A stretch of DNA of 64,000 nucleotides, from positions 15,278-79,277 of the forward strand of contig BTVV01000017.1 in assembly GCA_045863855.1 (NCBI GenBank), written 5' to 3'. The position numbers were made by a program, and so were the translations under genes. The stretch is from Planctomycetota bacterium (lineage in GTDB: Bacteria; Planctomycetota; SZUA-567; H5-PLA8). The notes under the pieces are model-generated. The model made no database searches, had not been told where the DNA came from, and saw only the letters and a list, made by a program, of their open reading frames with translations. Of this stretch, positions 19,237-29,143 are shown piece after piece (the stretch's first letter is position 1; the number at the start of each line of letters is the position of its first letter).

Positions 19237-22200
19237 TTACGGCTGCGCGGTCAACTGCCCCTGCGCGTACTGACCCGGGTACTTCGGGTTCCAGATGCCT
19301 GGACTGGGCGCGATGCCTTTTTCGACATTCTCGCCTTTGTCCAAGTCGTTGACCATGAAGGTAAAGCCGAACGCCTTGCCCGTTTCGGGCTTCAACTCCA
19401 AATAGGCCAGCGGCAATGCAATCTCGTAGACGGTTCGCTTGGCCGCTTCGTCCCGCACGACTTTGGCCGAAACGTCCAGCGGTTTCATCACGTATTTGCT
19501 CTTTTCGACCCAGCGCCACGCCAGCAACTGGCCTTGCGCGTTCAACCCGAAACCCAGCTCGAAGTCCAGGCCCTGGTAGCCCATCTCCTTGTCCTGCTCC
19601 ATGTCGAAGGCCAGTTGCAGACTATCGCCGTTCCAGAGGTTGCCGGCCTGATCGTTGGCGTTGGCATGCAGGTCGTCGGTGACGGAAACGGCCAAGTACA
19701 GATGCTGGTCGTCGAATCCGCCGCGGAATTCCACCGCTTGATCCGCCGAACCGTTCCAAAGACCGGGCTTGAGTTCCTCGCGCCGGTCGTCTTCGCCGGC
19801 CAAATACACCTCGCGCCAGGATTTAAGCTCAACAGGCGCTACGCCGGCCCAATCGCCCAAAGCGCCGTCGATCTGCGGAGCCGCCTTCAGCCGCTGGAAG
19901 GGGAGGGAGCGCTTCGATTTGAGCGCGCTTTCCTTGCGGATGTGGCTGAAGCGCTCGAAGACCGAACCGAACGTGGCTTCCGGCAGGTCCGGCAGCGCCA
20001 AGACGGATTCCAAGGTGGCCAGCGCTTCGGCCGGCTTATCGAGCTGGTACTGCAACAGCGCCAATTGGGAAAGCGTTTCCGGATCCTTGGGATTCGCCCG
20101 CGCCTTGGCGGCCAGTTCGTCGAGCTTTGCTTGGCTGCGTTCGGCATCGACCGATACGTAGCCCTTAAGGTCGCGGCCGTCCCCGACGACGACGCCGCCG
20201 TCGAAGGGAATCAGCGCGAAATTGCGCTGCGAGCCCAGCGAAGTGACCCACGTAAGCTTGCCGTTGCCGCGATGCGCCAGACCCGCCGCGGAAACCATGC
20301 GCGCCTGCGGGTCGAAGGTGCTTTGAGCGATCAGGAGATGCCCGCGGAAGAGATTGCCCGAAGCGGAAATAGGCGTACCCGCGGTAGGTTGCTTCCAGCG
20401 CAGTTTTCCGCCGCTGGCCATGAACGCAACGGCCTGCCCGCGCTGGTTATTGCCGCGCGTGGCCAGGAAGACGTCTTCGCCGTCCACGATCAGGCCCGCG
20501 AAGGATTCGCCGCCCATCTCCGTCGTTTTCCAGCGCAGCAGTTTGTCGCCTTGCGTCGCGTTGGGGTCCAGGGCGACCAGCATCAGGTCCTTTCGCGCCG
20601 CCACAAGCAGATCGTAATTGGCGTACAGCTCGACGATTTCCTGCTCGACCGCGTACTCCCAGAGCAGCTTGCCGCTGTTGGCGTCAAAGGCCCGGACCTT
20701 ATGGTCAGACGCCGCGGTGAAGATGGTTTCGCCGAGTGCGATCGGCGGCTGGACGAGGTTCTCGTCGAGCTTCAGTTCGAAGCGCCGCAGGCCCGTTTCG
20801 AGATCCAGCACCGGAATCAGCGCGGGTTTGACATTGGCGCGGCCGATGGCCACGTACCCGTCGCCCAATGCCGGCGGATCCAGGATCGCGGCCGATCCCG
20901 TGTTCAGGTGCCACATCTCCTGGCCGGTGTTCGCTTCCAGGACCGTCACACGGCCGCCACGCTGCGCCAGGACCACGCGTTGGTCGGCTACCGCGACGCC
21001 CGCCAGATCGCCGCCGCCGGTTTCTTCGTTTGGGAATAACTTGAAACGCCATGCTTCGGCGCCATTCTTTTGCGCATCGAAGGCCGCGACTTCGGCCTTC
21101 CCGGCAACGATCAGCAGTCTGTCACTCCAGAAGCAGTGCTGTTGCGCGCGATTGAAGCCGCCGGGCACCGTGGGCGCGGGCTTCCAGGCGTCCTGCCCGG
21201 TTTGGCCGTCGCGAGCGATCAACTTATTGCCTTCCTCGATGCAGAAGATCAAGCGGCCTTGGCTGGATGGAATCGATCCACGCGGCAGCAGCGGCACGAC
21301 ATTGTTGCCGGCTTGCAACGACCACATTTCCTTAAGCTGTCCTTGCCCGGCATCGCGCAGGGACGTCGAGGCGGGCTTGGCGAACTGGGGCTGCGTCAGA
21401 CGCGCCTGAGCCCACGTACCCGCGGGCTGAGCGGCCTGGCCGTCGAGTTTCAGTTCTTTAGCGGCCCAAGGCTCTTTGGCCAGTTTGCGCAGCGTGCTTC
21501 GCGCGGCGCCGAGCATCTCCGCACTCTCGTAGGCCAGCGCCAGGCGCGCCTGCGCCTCGGTAGCGCGGGCGCCTTCGCGGAAGCCCACCAGATAGCGCCG
21601 GTAGTACGTGCGCGCTTTGTCCGATTGCCCGACCTTCGTATGCCGCTCGGCCAACGCCATCAGCGTATCGCCGTAGGCTTCGCTGTTGGGGAATTGGCGC
21701 GCCACCTTTTCCAGGGATTCGACGCCCTGAGCTTGCAAGGCCTGGTCGAACGCCTGCCGGGCGAGCTTCTCCAACTCCGCCACTGCGGCCGGCGACTCTT
21801 CCTTGATCTGTCCGATCCGCCGCTGGGCATACACCGATGCTTTGCTCGCGCTCGCCGCGCCGAAACCGTATACCGTGTCGCCGTACTCGGTCAGAAGACG
21901 ATGGAAGAGCAACACCGCCGCCGGTGCGTCGTCGAGCGCCAGCCGGGCTTCCGCCATGCGCCAAAGGGCGCGGACCGGCTGGTCGGGCGTCTGCGCGTTC
22001 TTCAGCGCCGCATCGTACATCTCGTAGGCCATTTTGGGGTCGGGCTGCTGCTGGCTCATCAGCTTCTCGCCCGCGGCATGGTAGGCTTCGAACTTGCGCG
22101 CTTTCAATTCGGTGGCGAGGGTCTTGACCTTGGGGTCGCCTTCCTGCTTGACCGCCGCTTCCAAGCCCGCGTTAAAGGCGGCGATCGCCTTTTCGTAGGC

Positions 22201-24615
22201 CTCACCGCGCATGCGTACGTCGCCCAATTCGAGGTAATGACTCAGATCGTTGGGCTCGGCCTGGATGCGCGCCTCGATCTTCTTCTCGACTTCTTCCAGC
22301 ACGAAGAAGGCGTTGATATGCGTGGATGAGATGCTGAATAGCACGTCGCCGGCGATGAACAGATTGCCCGCTTCGACGTTGTCCTTGCCGCCGTCCTTCC
22401 ACTTGTGGATCGAAACGAGTTTGCCGATCGGCTTTCCGCTTTCGGGATGCAGTTTGGCGTTGATGCGCAGGATGCCTTGGTCGGTGCTGACGTACGCTTC
22501 GTCGCTGGTGACGCAGCCCCGGCCGATCAGTTCGTAGGTGTCGCGCAGCGGTACGCGGACTTCGCGCCTTCCGCCCTTGGCCTCGATGAACAGCACGTCC
22601 CGGCCGCTTACGATCAGCCGCCCATTCGCCACGCCCAAAATATGCTTAAGCCGTTCGGCATCGCCCGGCGCGCCCAACCCCGCGTCGCTGACGCGCTCGG
22701 TTTGCCAGACCCGCCGCCCGGTCTGCGGATCGAGCCCATACATGAACATGGAGTCTTGCGGCGTGACCACCAGCACGTCGTCGACCATCAGCGGTGGATT
22801 GGGACCCCAGAAGTCCTGCGCATTGGACATCTGCATTCCGCGCATGTTCTGGTCGGCCGTCGCAACGCGGTCGTAGACGCGAATCCAGCGCACTTGCCCC
22901 GTGGCCGCATCCAGCGCCGCCGCCGCGCCAAAGTTCGTCACGCAGTAGACCGATCCGCCGGCAACGGCGACCGGCAATCCGGGAGCGGGTTGCACCGGAC
23001 CGCCGAAGAAGGCCTGCGCGCCGCTGCAGATCAACGTCTTCCACAGGATGCGGCCGCTGCCCGCATCCAGGCAGATGCCCCAGGATTCCTTGGACGCGCC
23101 CGTTCCGCCGTTGGCCAGCACGTAAAGGGAGCCGTCCGCATACGTCGGCGAAGAACAAAAACGGATGCCCTTCAGCCATTCCTGGTCTTCCTTTCCGTTA
23201 ATGCGGAAGTCAGGATCGGTCCCAGGTTCGAGTGACCAGCGCAGGCTGCCCGATTCGATGCCCAGCGTACCGCCCTTTTTCTTACCGACGCAGACGATCC
23301 AGTTCGGCTTGGACGGCTGCTGATTTCCGCCCCAGAACTGCGGCATTTGGACCGGTTCGGGCGGACCCTGGACCACGTAGAGATGTTCACCGCCCAGCGT
23401 GCAGAAAAGCGGATACTGGGTCAGAGCGCCACGATTCTGTCCGCGGGCATTGGTCTGGCCTGCCGGCGCCACCACTTGGCCTTGGGGCGGATACAGGAAC
23501 TGCGGGCGGTCGGGGTTGGGGTTGTTTACTGAATGGCAGGCGACGACCTGCTCGCCGCAGATGAAAAACCAGCCGCCCCGCGCCACCAAATGGTGATCGA
23601 GCATGCGCACGCGATGCGCTTCGCCCTGCCAGGATTGGATCTCCTGCAACCCGTCGTCTTTGGTGCCCGCTGGCGCGCCTAAAAGGCGCACGAGCGGCTC
23701 GCTCCACTTCAGCACGCCGATATCGGACTTCGCCGGCACCAAGCGGTTATGCTCTGCGTTACCGAAATAGGTTTCCAGGCCTGACCCTTCGGCGGCCTGC
23801 GGCGTCACCGCTTCGGGTTCGACCTGCAAACGTTTGGCAAGGTCGGCCAGCGCGGCCTCGCCTTCGGCGTGCCCGATGCGCAACGTTCCATTCTTAGGAT
23901 CCTGCGCCGCGGTCCGCAGGCTTTCCAGCGTGGACTTTGCCTGATCCGCCAATCCCGCGCCGACTTGGGAGAGGAAGAGGCGCGCCAGCACCGCCACCTT
24001 GGGTACGCTCGGCTCGGGATGCTTCTCGATCTGCTGCAATCGCACCAGCGCCTGGCGGTGCGCGCCGCGGTCGTACGCCACCTCGCCCAGCCACATCAAC
24101 GCATCGTCGCCCAGCGAACTGCTGAAGTAGCTCTGCGCGACCTGTTCGGCTTGGCGCTCGTCGAGCCGCTCCTGCGCTTCGTTCAACAGTCCGCGTGCGG
24201 CGGTATCGTTCATGACGAGGTACACACGCCGCCCGCCTTCCGGCAGGCTGGCCAGTTCCTCGTTAATCTTTTCGGCGGTGGACCGGTATACGCCCAAGCC
24301 CCAAGCGCGGGCTTTCTCTTCGCCATCGCCTTGCCAGCGGTACAGGTAAACAGTGGTGGGAAACTTCTGCAGGATATCGGCATACGCGCGCACACAAGTG
24401 GGCCAGTCTTCGGCCTCGCGAGCCTTACGCGCTTTTTTGAGCAGCCGTTTAACCTCTTCTTCTTCGTTCAGGAGCACATTGTGCTCTGGTCCTTCGGGTT
24501 TGGGCTCCTCGGCCGGCGGTTTGGGTTCGACATCGCCTTCGGCGCGAACCCCGCGCTGCGAACTCCAAGCACCCAGTGCTAAGAGGAAAGCCCAGGAGAT
24601 CCGTCCTAAGCGCAT
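19237..24615 (-). CDS. Large secreted protein: TPR-like helices, two PQQ-like beta-propeller regions, C-terminal CBM9/DOMON-like domain
   Basis: Signal peptide after GGAGG RBS; repeats CLDAGSGRILW, ALDAATGQVRW, GLDPQTGRRVW, AFDANSGKLLW; C-terminal APQIDGALGDW..DDQHLYLAVSVTDD..NGDSLQLAFD..YEIALP..FGFTFMVNDLD. Confidence 0.85.
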   Translation of the reverse strand: MRLGRISWAFLLALGAWSSQRGVRAEGDVEPKPPAEEPKPEGPEHNVLLNEEEEVKRLLKKARKAREAEDWPTCVRAYADILQKFPTTVYLYRWQGDGEEKARAWGLGVYRSTAEKINEELASLPEGGRRVYLVMNDTAARGLLNEAQERLDERQAEQVAQSYFSSSLGDDALMWLGEVAYDRGAHRQALVRLQQIEKHPEPSVPKVAVLARLFLSQVGAGLADQAKSTLESLRTAAQDPKNGTLRIGHAEGEAALADLAKRLQVEPEAVTPQAAEGSGLETYFGNAEHNRLVPAKSDIGVLKWSEPLVRLLGAPAGTKDDGLQEIQSWQGEAHRVRMLDHHLVARGGWFFICGEQVVACHSVNNPNPDRPQFLYPPQGQVVAPAGQTNARGQNRGALTQYPLFCTLGGEHLYVVQGPPEPVQMPQFWGGNQQPSKPNWIVCVGKKKGGTLGIESGSLRWSLEPGTDPDFRINGKEDQEWLKGIRFCSSPTYADGSLYVLANGGTGASKESWGICLDAGSGRILWKTLICSGAQAFFGGPVQPAPGLPVAVAGGSVYCVTNFGAAAALDAATGQVRWIRVYDRVATADQNMRGMQMSNAQDFWGPNPPLMVDDVLVVTPQDSMFMYGLDPQTGRRVWQTERVSDAGLGAPGDAERLKHILGVANGRLIVSGRDVLFIEAKGGRREVRVPLRDTYELIGRGCVTSDEAYVSTDQGILRINAKLHPESGKPIGKLVSIHKWKDGGKDNVEAGNLFIAGDVLFSISSTHINAFFVLEEVEKKIEARIQAEPNDLSHYLELGDVRMRGEAYEKAIAAFNAGLEAAVKQEGDPKVKTLATELKARKFEAYHAAGEKLMSQQQPDPKMAYEMYDAALKNAQTPDQPVRALWRMAEARLALDDAPAAVLLFHRLLTEYGDTVYGFGAASASKASVYAQRRIGQIKEESPAAVAELEKLARQAFDQALQAQGVESLEKVARQFPNSEAYGDTLMALAERHTKVGQSDKARTYYRRYLVGFREGARATEAQARLALAYESAEMLGAARSTLRKLAKEPWAAKELKLDGQAAQPAGTWAQARLTQPQFAKPASTSLRDAGQGQLKEMWSLQAGNNVVPLLPRGSIPSSQGRLIFCIEEGNKLIARDGQTGQDAWKPAPTVPGGFNRAQQHCFWSDRLLIVAGKAEVAAFDAQKNGAEAWRFKLFPNEETGGGDLAGVAVADQRVVLAQRGGRVTVLEANTGQEMWHLNTGSAAILDPPALGDGYVAIGRANVKPALIPVLDLETGLRRFELKLDENLVQPPIALGETIFTAASDHKVRAFDANSGKLLWEYAVEQEIVELYANYDLLVAARKDLMLVALDPNATQGDKLLRWKTTEMGGESFAGLIVDGEDVFLATRGNNQRGQAVAFMASGGKLRWKQPTAGTPISASGNLFRGHLLIAQSTFDPQARMVSAAGLAHRGNGKLTWVTSLGSQRNFALIPFDGGVVVGDGRDLKGYVSVDAERSQAKLDELAAKARANPKDPETLSQLALLQYQLDKPAEALATLESVLALPDLPEATFGSVFERFSHIRKESALKSKRSLPFQRLKAAPQIDGALGDWAGVAPVELKSWREVYLAGEDDRREELKPGLWNGSADQAVEFRGGFDDQHLYLAVSVTDDLHANANDQAGNLWNGDSLQLAFDMEQDKEMGYQGLDFELGFGLNAQGQLLAWRWVEKSKYVMKPLDVSAKVVRDEAAKRTVYEIALPLAYLELKPETGKAFGFTFMVNDLDKGENVEKGIAPSPGIWNPKYPGQYAQGQLTAQP

Positions 24616-24935
24616 GCACGACCTCCAAGAGCGGAGCGAGGATTCCCATTCAGGCAAGCAAACAAGGGCGCCAACAAGTAATGGACGCACGAGGGAGCGC
24701 TTCTGGCCCTCTTTTCAACCTATATCTCGAACCTTCGTCACGACATGAACAGAGCGCCTGGATTTTGGCCCTGCTCTAAACCTTTTGCAAACCCATAACG
24801 CATCCCAAGCGGTCCGGTTCCCTGTTTTTACGCGGCTATTACCGATCCGCAGACATGGGCGCACGAATATTGATGCGCAAAGTGGCCGTGGAATCGGCGT
24901 TAGAGGTATTTTAAAAAGAGGCGGGCCAAGCTATC

Positions 24936-25916
24936 ATGCGCGACTTCCGGAATTCAGTTTTAATGCGCCCGGCGGGCGCGAGGACCCGTCCAAGGAGTCT
25001 TGCGTTGGCCGTTTCCAGTTCCAAGACCGAAGCCGTGGAGCACGATGCGGCGGCGTTTCTCGAGCGCGCCCGCGTTTTCGTCGATGCCGAGTTGGATCGC
25101 TTCCTGCCGGCCGAATCGGATGTACCCCAGACGCTTCACAAGGCCATGCGCTATTCGCTTTTCGCCGGCGGCAAACGCCTGCGGCCGGCTTTGGCCTTGG
25201 CCGCCAGCGAAGCAGTCGGCGGAACCTTTGCCGACGCCGCACCTGTTGCCTGCACGGTCGAGATGATCCACACGTACTCCCTGATTCACGACGACCTCCC
25301 GGCCATGGACGACGACGACTTGCGCCGCGGACGCCCGACCTGCCACAAAGTCTTTGGCGATGCCATGGCGATCCTGGCGGGCGATGCGCTCCTGACCCTT
25401 GCTTTCGAAGCCCTTACCACATGTGCAAAAAAGGAACGTGTGGCTGAAATCGTTCGTGATGTCGCACGTGCATCCGGCACCCATGGCATGGTGGGTGGAC
25501 AAGTGCTTGATATAGAAGGAGAGGGCCAGCCGGCCACTTTGGCCTCGGTTCGGGCGATCCACGAATGGAAAACGGCGGCGCTGATTGCCGGGAGCTGTAC
25601 AGCGGGCGCGTTGGCTGGTGGCGCCACCCAAACAGAATACGAAAATATTGCCAACTTTGGAAAAAAGATAGGTCTGGCGTTCCAGATACTCGACGATATA
25701 TTGGACGAGACCAGCTCGCCAGAACAGCTAGGAAAGACGCCTGGTAAGGATGCCCAGGCAGGCAAGGCAACCTATCCACGTGTGATGGGCCTGGAGAAGG
25801 CGAAGGTAGAGGCCCAAAAGCTTGTGGATGAGGCCTTGGCGGAGCTCCATACGTTAGGTGCACGTGCGCAAACGTTGGAGCGGCTGGCGAAGTTTGTGGT
25901 GGAGAGAAGAAACTGA
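24936..25916 (+). CDS. ispA: Polyprenyl (farnesyl/geranylgeranyl) diphosphate synthase
   Basis: GGKRLRP, HTYSLIHDDLPAMDDDDLRRG (FARM), GGQVLD, KTAAL, FQILDDILD (SARM), GKTPGKD; true start may lie further downstream (about 24963-25035). Confidence 0.93.
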   Translation: MRDFRNSVLMRPAGARTRPRSLALAVSSSKTEAVEHDAAAFLERARVFVDAELDRFLPAESDVPQTLHKAMRYSLFAGGKRLRPALALAASEAVGGTFADAAPVACTVEMIHTYSLIHDDLPAMDDDDLRRGRPTCHKVFGDAMAILAGDALLTLAFEALTTCAKKERVAEIVRDVARASGTHGMVGGQVLDIEGEGQPATLASVRAIHEWKTAALIAGSCTAGALAGGATQTEYENIANFGKKIGLAFQILDDILDETSSPEQLGKTPGKDAQAGKATYPRVMGLEKAKVEAQKLVDEALAELHTLGARAQTLERLAKFVVERRN

Positions 25917-25999
25917 AGGCGACACCCGTGAACGAGCGCCCGGTTGGAACCGTCGAGTCGGACGGAACGACCGTGATGCGGACCTCTAAGGAGGACGTG

Positions 26000-28012
26000 A
26001 TGAGCGGCAATCAAGGTGTGCTGGGCAACCAGGCTTCCAGCGCTTCGTCGGATGAGATTCTGCGCAAGGCCGCGCAGATCATCGGCGCGGAAGAGGCCGA
26101 TATTCCCTGCCCGATTCCGCAGCCCTTCCTCGACCACATCAAAGGTCATGAGGACGTGGTTCGGATCCCCATGGCGCTCTTGCCCAAGCTGGCGCACGAG
26201 ATCCGCGAGAAAATCCACGCGTCGGTAAAGGTGACGGGCGGGCACTTGGCGAGCAATCTGGGCGTCACGGAGCTGTCCATCGCACTGCACCGCGTTTTCG
26301 ACTTCCGCAAAGACCGCCTGATCATGGATGTCGGCCACCAGGTCTATCCGCACAAGATGCTGACGGGCCGCGCGGGGCGCTTCCATACGCTGCGCCAAGC
26401 CGACGGACTGGCCGGCTTTCCCGACCACCGCGAAGATCCGGTCTACGACTTGTTCCATACCAGCCACGCGGGCATGGCGACGAGCATGACCTTGGGCATG
26501 GCCATCGCCGAACATCGCCGCGGGCTGAAGAACCACCACATCGCGCTGGTCGGCGATGGGGCGATGACGTGCGGCGCGACGTTCGAGGCGCTCAATCACG
26601 GCGGCCACATCCACGAAGACATGCTGGTGATCTTTAACGACAACGGCTGCAGCATCAGCGCCAACGTCGGCGCGCTCTCTTCGACGTGCAGCAAGATCCG
26701 CAAGACGGGCATCTTCAAGCGCGCGAAGGATTTCGGGCGCGAGGTGCTCGAAAAGATGCCCTACGGCAAGAACGCCGAGCGCATCGCCGAACAGATGCTG
26801 GGTGTGGCCAGCCACCTGACGCATTCGCCCGGCGCGATTTTCATGGACTTGGGCTTCCGCTACTACGGTCCGGTGGACGGGCACGACTTCGAGTCGCTCC
26901 ACGAGTGGCTGGAAGAGATGAAGTCGATCAAGGGTCCGAAGCTGCTCCACGTGGTCACGCACAAGGGCCGCGGCTTGCAGTGGGCGGAAGAAGATCCGAT
27001 CAACTGGCACGGCGCGAAGCCCTACGAAGTTCAAAACGGCACGGCGGTGATCAAGAAGTCGAGCAAGCCCGCGCCCGTCGATTACTGCAATGTCGTGAGC
27101 GATACGATTCTCAAGCGCGCCAAGGCCGACAAAAACATCGTTGCGATCACGGCCGCGATGGCCGAAGGCACGACGCTCTCGAAGGTGCGCAGCGAGTTGC
27201 CCGATCAGTTCATCGACGTGGGCATCTGCGAGCAGCACGCCACGGCTCTGGCCGCGGCCATGCGCAAGGGCGGTGTCAACGCGGTTGCCTGTATTTACTC
27301 CAGTTTCCTGCAGCGCGCAGTGGACCAGCTCTTCCACGAAGTCAGCCTACAGGACGGCATTCCGATCACGATCTGCATGGACCGCGCGGGGCTGTGCGGA
27401 GACGACGGCGCTACGGCCAACGGCGTCTTCGATCTGGCCTACATGCGCGCGTTCCCGCACTTCGTCCTGATGGCTCCGAAGGACGGAGTCGAGACCGAAG
27501 CGATGGTCAACTGGGCGATCGATTCGGACAAGCCCTGCTTCATCCGCACGCCGAAGGAACCCAGCGCGCTGGCGATGACGAAGGAATTCAAGCCGCTCGA
27601 ACTGGGCAAGGGCGAGATCGTGCGCCAGGGCGAAGGCCAAGTGGCTTTCCTCGCGTACGGAGCGATGGTAGTGCGCTGCATGCAGGCCGCCGAAAAGCTT
27701 GAGAAGGAACACGGCATCAAGGCGACCGTCGCGAACGCGCGTTTCTGCAAGCCGCTGGACACCGAACTGGTGGCGCAGCTCCTGGACGGCCATCAGCAGG
27801 TCTTCACGGCCGAAGACCACCAGCTCCAGAACGGCTTCGGAACCGCCGTACTGGAAGCCTGCAACGACCTGAGCCTCGATACGCGGAAGATTACGCGGCT
27901 GGGCATCCCGGACCTGTACGTCTACCACGGCAAGCGCGACTGGCAGTTGGCGCAGGTCGGGCTGGACTGTGACGGGATCGTGGCTTCGGTCCTGAAGAAG
28001 GTCAAAAAGTAA
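26000..28012 (+). CDS. dxs: 1-deoxy-D-xylulose-5-phosphate synthase
   Basis: GGHLASNLG, DVGHQ.YPHKMLTGR, GDGA..G..FEALN, GPVDGH, DVGICEQHA, DRAG; ATG 26000 follows AGGAGG (ORF is open from 25928). Confidence 0.97.
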   Translation: MSGNQGVLGNQASSASSDEILRKAAQIIGAEEADIPCPIPQPFLDHIKGHEDVVRIPMALLPKLAHEIREKIHASVKVTGGHLASNLGVTELSIALHRVFDFRKDRLIMDVGHQVYPHKMLTGRAGRFHTLRQADGLAGFPDHREDPVYDLFHTSHAGMATSMTLGMAIAEHRRGLKNHHIALVGDGAMTCGATFEALNHGGHIHEDMLVIFNDNGCSISANVGALSSTCSKIRKTGIFKRAKDFGREVLEKMPYGKNAERIAEQMLGVASHLTHSPGAIFMDLGFRYYGPVDGHDFESLHEWLEEMKSIKGPKLLHVVTHKGRGLQWAEEDPINWHGAKPYEVQNGTAVIKKSSKPAPVDYCNVVSDTILKRAKADKNIVAITAAMAEGTTLSKVRSELPDQFIDVGICEQHATALAAAMRKGGVNAVACIYSSFLQRAVDQLFHEVSLQDGIPITICMDRAGLCGDDGATANGVFDLAYMRAFPHFVLMAPKDGVETEAMVNWAIDSDKPCFIRTPKEPSALAMTKEFKPLELGKGEIVRQGEGQVAFLAYGAMVVRCMQAAEKLEKEHGIKATVANARFCKPLDTELVAQLLDGHQQVFTAEDHQLQNGFGTAVLEACNDLSLDTRKITRLGIPDLYVYHGKRDWQLAQVGLDCDGIVASVLKKVKK

Positions 28013-28035
28013 CGCTTCGATGCCTGCGGGCTTAT

Positions 28036-28075
28036 ACGGGGCGGGGCGCGGCAAGCGTCCCGCCCCGTTTTGTTT
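28036..28075 (+). terminator. Rho-independent terminator after dxs
   Basis: ACGGGGCGGGGCGC-GGCAA-GCGTCCCGCCCCGT followed by TTTGTTT. Confidence 0.8.
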
Positions 28076-28162
28076 GGGGCGGAATTTCCGCCGCACGTGA
28101 CGCCGCATCCCCGGTGCGTTATCCTCTTCTTCGGGTGATCGGCTACGAACGGGGAGCGGCGC

Positions 28163-29086
28163 ATGGCAGAACAGCTCGGCTATTTCGACCTGCAGAACAA
28201 CGGCTACAAGGGCATCGATTTCCACAAGGACGACTTGACTGGCGAGGAACTCCGCCATGTCTGCAACGCGTTGAAGGCGGACGGCAACGACGGCTTTCTG
28301 CTCACCATCACGACCGAGCACATCGGCATGATGTGCGACCGTCTCAGCCGCGTGGCGAAGCTGCGCGCGCAGGACAAGCTGCTCCAGGCGATGATCTGGG
28401 GCATTCACATCGAAGGGCCGTTCCTGAACGAAGAGCCCGGCTACAAAGGCGCGCATCCGGTGGATGCGATTCATCCGGCGAATGTGGACGAAATGAAGCG
28501 CCTTCTCGATGCCGCGGAAGGGTTGACGAAGCTGGTGACCCTGGCGCCCGAGCGCGATCCGGGCTTCGCGACGACGAAGTTTCTGCGCAGCCAGAAGGTG
28601 GTGGTGAGCGCCGGGCACTGCAACGCGACGCTGGATGAACTGAAAGCCGGGATCGAAGCGGGCGTCTCTATGTTCACGCATCTGGGCAATGGTTGCCCGA
28701 TGCAGATGCACCGGCACGAGAATATCGTTCAGCGCGCGCTGAGCCTGTACAAGCACCTGTGGCTGTGCTTCATCCCGGATGGGGCGCACGTGGCATTTCC
28801 GGCGTTGGGAAATTATCTGCGCGCGGCGGGCTTCGAACGGACGTGCGTCGTGACCGATGCCATCGCGGCGGCCGGGATGGGTCCGGGGCGGTATAAGCTG
28901 GGGCGCTGGGATCTGACGCTGGGCGAGGACATGGTCGCCCGCGCGCCGGACGGCAGCCATCTGGTCGGGGCGGCGATCACGATGCCGCAGTGCGAGAAGA
29001 ACCTGATCGAAAAGGTGGGCCTGACGCGCGAAGAGGCACGGAGGCTGTTGTGCGTGAACCCGCGAAAGGCGATGGGGTTGGCTTGA
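28163..29086 (+). CDS. nagA: N-acetylglucosamine-6-phosphate deacetylase (short form)
   Basis: DLQNNG, HIEGPFL, TLAPE, AGH, THLGNG, DGAHV, VTDA. Confidence 0.88.
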   Translation: MAEQLGYFDLQNNGYKGIDFHKDDLTGEELRHVCNALKADGNDGFLLTITTEHIGMMCDRLSRVAKLRAQDKLLQAMIWGIHIEGPFLNEEPGYKGAHPVDAIHPANVDEMKRLLDAAEGLTKLVTLAPERDPGFATTKFLRSQKVVVSAGHCNATLDELKAGIEAGVSMFTHLGNGCPMQMHRHENIVQRALSLYKHLWLCFIPDGAHVAFPALGNYLRAAGFERTCVVTDAIAAAGMGPGRYKLGRWDLTLGEDMVARAPDGSHLVGAAITMPQCEKNLIEKVGLTREEARRLLCVNPRKAMGLA

Positions 29087-29143
29087 ATGGAAGTTCGAAC
29101 CTTGTTTGCGACATACCATAACTGAAGGACCGGAGACTACGCC

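Noticed and set aside
25414..26010. 198-aa minus-strand ORF overlapping the codon-shifted half of ispA as a possible overprinted gene
   Set aside because: Pro/Ser-rich with no motif or clear RBS; ORFs of this length arise by chance throughout the window
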